Source of the DNA: an uncultured Deinococcaceae bacterium
Lineage (GTDB): Bacteria; Deinococcota; Deinococci; Deinococcales; Deinococcaceae
Assembly: GCA_964252075.1 (NCBI GenBank)
Contig: CAXULY010000064.1
Span: 1 to 24,740, forward strand
Reading direction: 5' to 3'
Length of the DNA stretch: 24,740 bases
Shown here: in pieces, positions 21,018 to 24,740 of the stretch
Layout of the letters: every line of letters begins with the position of its first letter
How positions within the stretch are numbered: the first letter of the stretch is position 1
Position numbers and translations under genes: made by a program
The notes under the pieces: generated by a model
Databases searched by the model: none
Seen by the model: the letters and a program-made list of their open reading frames with translations, nothing else
Told to the model about the DNA's origin: nothing

Positions 21018-21155
21018 CTCAGGCCGACGCACGGCACTCCTTCAGCGCGACTGGTCAGGGCGCCCCACAGGTTCAGCGCGCGTTCTGACGCCTGATGCCA
21101 GCGACACGTCCCCTTACTCCTGTGCAACCCACCGGGGCGTTCGTTCGCTCAATCT

Positions 21156-21192
21156 TGAGGTGCAAAGGGCGGCATTAGACGCCCGTTGCACC

Positions 21193-21195
<3 letters not shown>
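21156..21195. terminator. Hairpin between the convergent META gene and gltX
   Basis: TGAGGTGCAA-a-GGGCG / CGCCC-g-TTGCACCTCA, 15 bp with one mismatch; includes the gltX stop codon. Confidence 0.55.
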
Positions 21196-22626
<1,431 letters not shown>

Positions 22627-22633
22627 GCCGTCC

Positions 22634-22639
22634 AGCATA
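22634..22639 (-). promoter_or_regulatory. -10 box TATGCT, leaderless configuration for gltX
   Basis: TATGCT-7 nt-ATG. Confidence 0.7.
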
Positions 22640-22674
22640 GCGAAGCTGCCTGCACCGCCTGTGATGCTCGGCGC

Positions 22675-23166
22675 ATGACCCATGCGTCTGCCGTGAAGTG
22701 GGCCCTGCCCCTCGCTCTGCTCGGTCTGCTGGCGTCGTGTGGCGCTTTGCGCGACGGCCTACCCAACGGGGCGGACATCGACGTGAACGGCAGTTACACC
22801 GGGCGCATCGTGGGCAGCGACGGACGCAGCATCCTGCTGGACACGACGCTGGTGGAGCAGAATGAGCGCTTCACCGCCACCGTGCGCAGCCCGGACAACG
22901 GTCAAGTCCTCACCCTGCAGGGCACCCGCTCGGTTCACAAGGCCAGCCCCGTCTCGGTGGACGTGGTGCAGGAAACTGGAGGTGGCAGCGCCTGCGCGCG
23001 GGGCCTGACGGACCGTTATCAGGTGGACGTCACCTTCTACGCCAGGAGCGAATACAGCTCGGAGGGCGCCAGAGGTGTGGCTCAGCATGAGGTCTGCGAC
23101 ACCGCCAGCGGCACTTCCGTGCAGATCACCGATGGCAGCGGCAGTCTGGAACTGGTCCGCAAGTGA
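22675..23166 (+). CDS. Putative lipoprotein of unknown function
   Basis: MTHASAVKWALPLALLGLLASC lipobox; beta-rich mature part with two further Cys. It is the tail of the 668-aa track ORF. Confidence 0.8.
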   Translation: MTHASAVKWALPLALLGLLASCGALRDGLPNGADIDVNGSYTGRIVGSDGRSILLDTTLVEQNERFTATVRSPDNGQVLTLQGTRSVHKASPVSVDVVQETGGGSACARGLTDRYQVDVTFYARSEYSSEGARGVAQHEVCDTASGTSVQITDGSGSLELVRK

Positions 23167-23587
23167 GGCGCGCCGCGCCGGTCCTGCTCGCCCTCGGCCT
23201 GGGTGCCTGTGGTCGGGGAGGGCCACCGGCGGTGGCGGGCGACTACCGGCTCTGACTCTCCCCCGTCGGAGTCGGCAACAATCAGTCACCACAGCAGGGC
23301 ACGGCCCAGGTGCGGCTGGAGGGCGAGCGCGTGCGGGTGACCCTCAGTGATCCGCTGGGCGGCACCCGGACCTACCTGGGAACCCGCTCGCTGCTCGAAC
23401 CCAGCCTCACCGCCACCCTGGGAGATGGCGAGGGGAACCTCTGCGCGGGCAGCCGCCTGCCACGCGAGGCCCTGCACCTGTCCTTCGAGACAGGCACCGA
23501 CCCCCGGGCCGCCGGTGAACTCTCTAGCCCGCATGCCTGAACGGTCACGTGTACCTGGCGCAGGTGTGGCAGGTCGAATTCGACTGA
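23163..23587 (+). pseudogene. Disrupted lipoprotein gene, paralog of the upstream lipoprotein
   Basis: GTG overlaps the upstream stop; MRRAAPVLLALGLGAC lipobox; in-frame TGA at 23253-23255; the frame then continues (track ORF 23310-23540); apparent 1-nt loss near 23526-23533 before ACLNGHVYLAQVWQVEFD-stop. Confidence 0.7.
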
Positions 23588-23609
23588 GGGTGTCGGGTAG
23601 GCTGACCGC

Positions 23610-23891
23610 ATGACCGCACTCACCGCGCAGGACATTCAGGCCCAGCTGCCCGACGGCTGGCAGGGCAACGAACAGGGCATCACCCGCAGCTTTGCCTTCG
23701 ACAGCTACGAGGCGGGTGTTGCCTTCGCCATGCGGGTGGCCCTGCTCGCCCAGAAGGCCGACCACCACCCGGACGCCCTCACCATCGGCTGGAAGCGCGT
23801 CACCGTCACGTACGTGACGCATTCGGCAGGCGGCGTGACGGAGCTGGATGTGCAGGCCGCGCAGGCCGTGAACCGCGCCTTTCATGGCTGA
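23610..23891 (+). CDS. Pterin-4a-carbinolamine dehydratase family protein
   Basis: ITRSFAF, ADHHPD and THSAGGVTELD; TAGGCT 6 nt upstream of the ATG. Confidence 0.92.
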   Translation: MTALTAQDIQAQLPDGWQGNEQGITRSFAFDSYEAGVAFAMRVALLAQKADHHPDALTIGWKRVTVTYVTHSAGGVTELDVQAAQAVNRAFHG

Positions 23892-24309
23892 TGCCGACGC
23901 CCGCGCGCACCAGATTGAGCTGACCGTCCAGCCCGCCGACCTCGACGACCTGGGGCACGTCAACAACGTGGTGTACCTGCGCTGGATCGAGGATGTGGCG
24001 CGCGCCCACGCGGACCGGCTGGGCATGGGGGTGAACGAGATGCGGTCGCTGGGTGTCGTGCCCGTGGTGCGGCGTCACACCATCACCTACACAGGAGCGG
24101 CGCTGCTGGGCGATCTCCTCGCGGTCAGCACGCGCATCACCGCCGCGCACGGCATCCGCGCCACGCGCCACAACGAGGTGCGCCGCCGCTCCGATGACGC
24201 CCTGCTCGTCAGCTGCGAAACCGAGTGGGTGTGGGTGAACCCCGAATCCGGGCGCCCGCGCGTGCCGCCCGCAGCCCTGTTCGAGCACTTTGGCGTCACG
24301 CCCACTTAA
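23884..24309 (+). CDS. 4HBT/YbgC-family acyl-CoA thioesterase
   Basis: [18 protein letters not shown] hotdog-fold motif; C-terminal GRPRVP; overlaps the preceding gene by 8 nt. Confidence 0.9.
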   Translation: MADADARAHQIELTVQPADLDDLGHVNNVVYLRWIEDVARAHADRLGMGVNEMRSLGVVPVVRRHTITYTGAALLGDLLAVSTRITAAHGIRATRHNEVRRRSDDALLVSCETEWVWVNPESGRPRVPPAALFEHFGVTPT

Positions 24310-24611
24310 AGCGGCTCAACGTACACCCGACCGTCCTCCACCACCGTGCGGTACACCGCAACGGGCTTCACGGCGGGCAGGGTTTTGGGCTTTCCGGTGG
24401 CCAACTCGAACTTCGCACCGTGCTTCTCGCAGGTGATGCGGCCCATGTTCACGTCTCCACCGAGCAGTGGGTAATCCTTGTGGGAGCAGTTGTTGCGCAG
24501 GGCGTAGTACTGCCCTTCGAAACACACGATCACCACGCTCCGCCCATCCATCTCTATGGCCTGCTGGCTGCCCTCCGGCAGCGCTTCAATTGGTCCCACT
24601 TCCACGCGCAT
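24306..24611 (-). CDS. Rieske-type 2Fe-2S ferredoxin
   Basis: CSH...CEKH Rieske ligands and GAKFELATG. Start moved to ATG 24611, with TACACT (24619-24624) 7 nt upstream. Confidence 0.92.
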   Translation of the reverse strand: MRVEVGPIEALPEGSQQAIEMDGRSVVIVCFEGQYYALRNNCSHKDYPLLGGDVNMGRITCEKHGAKFELATGKPKTLPAVKPVAVYRTVVEDGRVYVEPL

Positions 24612-24642
24612 GCCGGGCAGTGTAGCGGAGACGCGCCACAAC

Positions 24643-24670
24643 AAAAGGCCCCGGACCGTGGGGTCGGGGG
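24643..24670 (-). terminator. Probable intrinsic terminator after tRNA-Gly
   Basis: Minus strand CCCC-c-GACC ccac GGTC-c-GGGG followed by CCTTTT. Confidence 0.6.
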
Positions 24671-24685
24671 TTTATCGGTTGATGC

Positions 24686-24740
24686 TGGAGCGGGAGACGC
24701 GATTCGAACGCGCGACATCTACCTTGGCAAGGTAGTGCTC
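24686..24740 (-). tRNA. tRNA-Gly(GCC), 3' part; 5' end outside the window
   Basis: Reverse complement GAGCA CTACC TTGCCAA GGTAG ATGTC GCGCG TTCGAAT CGCGT CTCCCGC TCCA shows the anticodon arm with GCC, the T arm and an encoded CCA. Confidence 0.96.

Noticed and set aside
23253..23255. In-frame TGA as selenocysteine or programmed readthrough
   Set aside because: The aligned paralog position is not Cys, I see no convincing SECIS hairpin, and a second lesion downstream favours gene decay.
24306..24740. Integrated element at tRNA-Gly
   Set aside because: The tRNA 3' end is followed by a terminator and ordinary genes; I found no integrase and noticed no duplicated tRNA 3' end.

Overview
GC-rich chromosomal window whose proteins are most like those of Deinococcus-Thermus (probably a Deinococcus; inferred from remembered protein similarity, not a search). 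It is mostly housekeeping. The left end holds the 5' half of the complex I operon on the minus strand (nuoA-B-C-D, an inserted DinB-family gene, nuoE-F and partial nuoG). Then come an orphan pseudo-receiver histidine kinase, an M3 oligopeptidase, a GNAT, a DUF1572-like protein, queA, an NYN nuclease, ppc, a YmdB-family phosphoesterase, bshA, degV, two hypotheticals, ftsY, a META protein, gltX, a lipoprotein with a broken tandem paralog, a pterin carbinolamine dehydratase, a thioesterase, a Rieske ferredoxin and a partial tRNA-Gly(GCC). I see no mobile element, CRISPR array or defence system, and no clearly new multi-gene system. The best leads are a probable ATC start for nuoA with a Rex-like palindrome in a structured leader, the DinB gene coupled inside the nuo operon, the disrupted lipoprotein paralog that the ORF track misses, and many leaderless-type promoters that revise the ORF starts.
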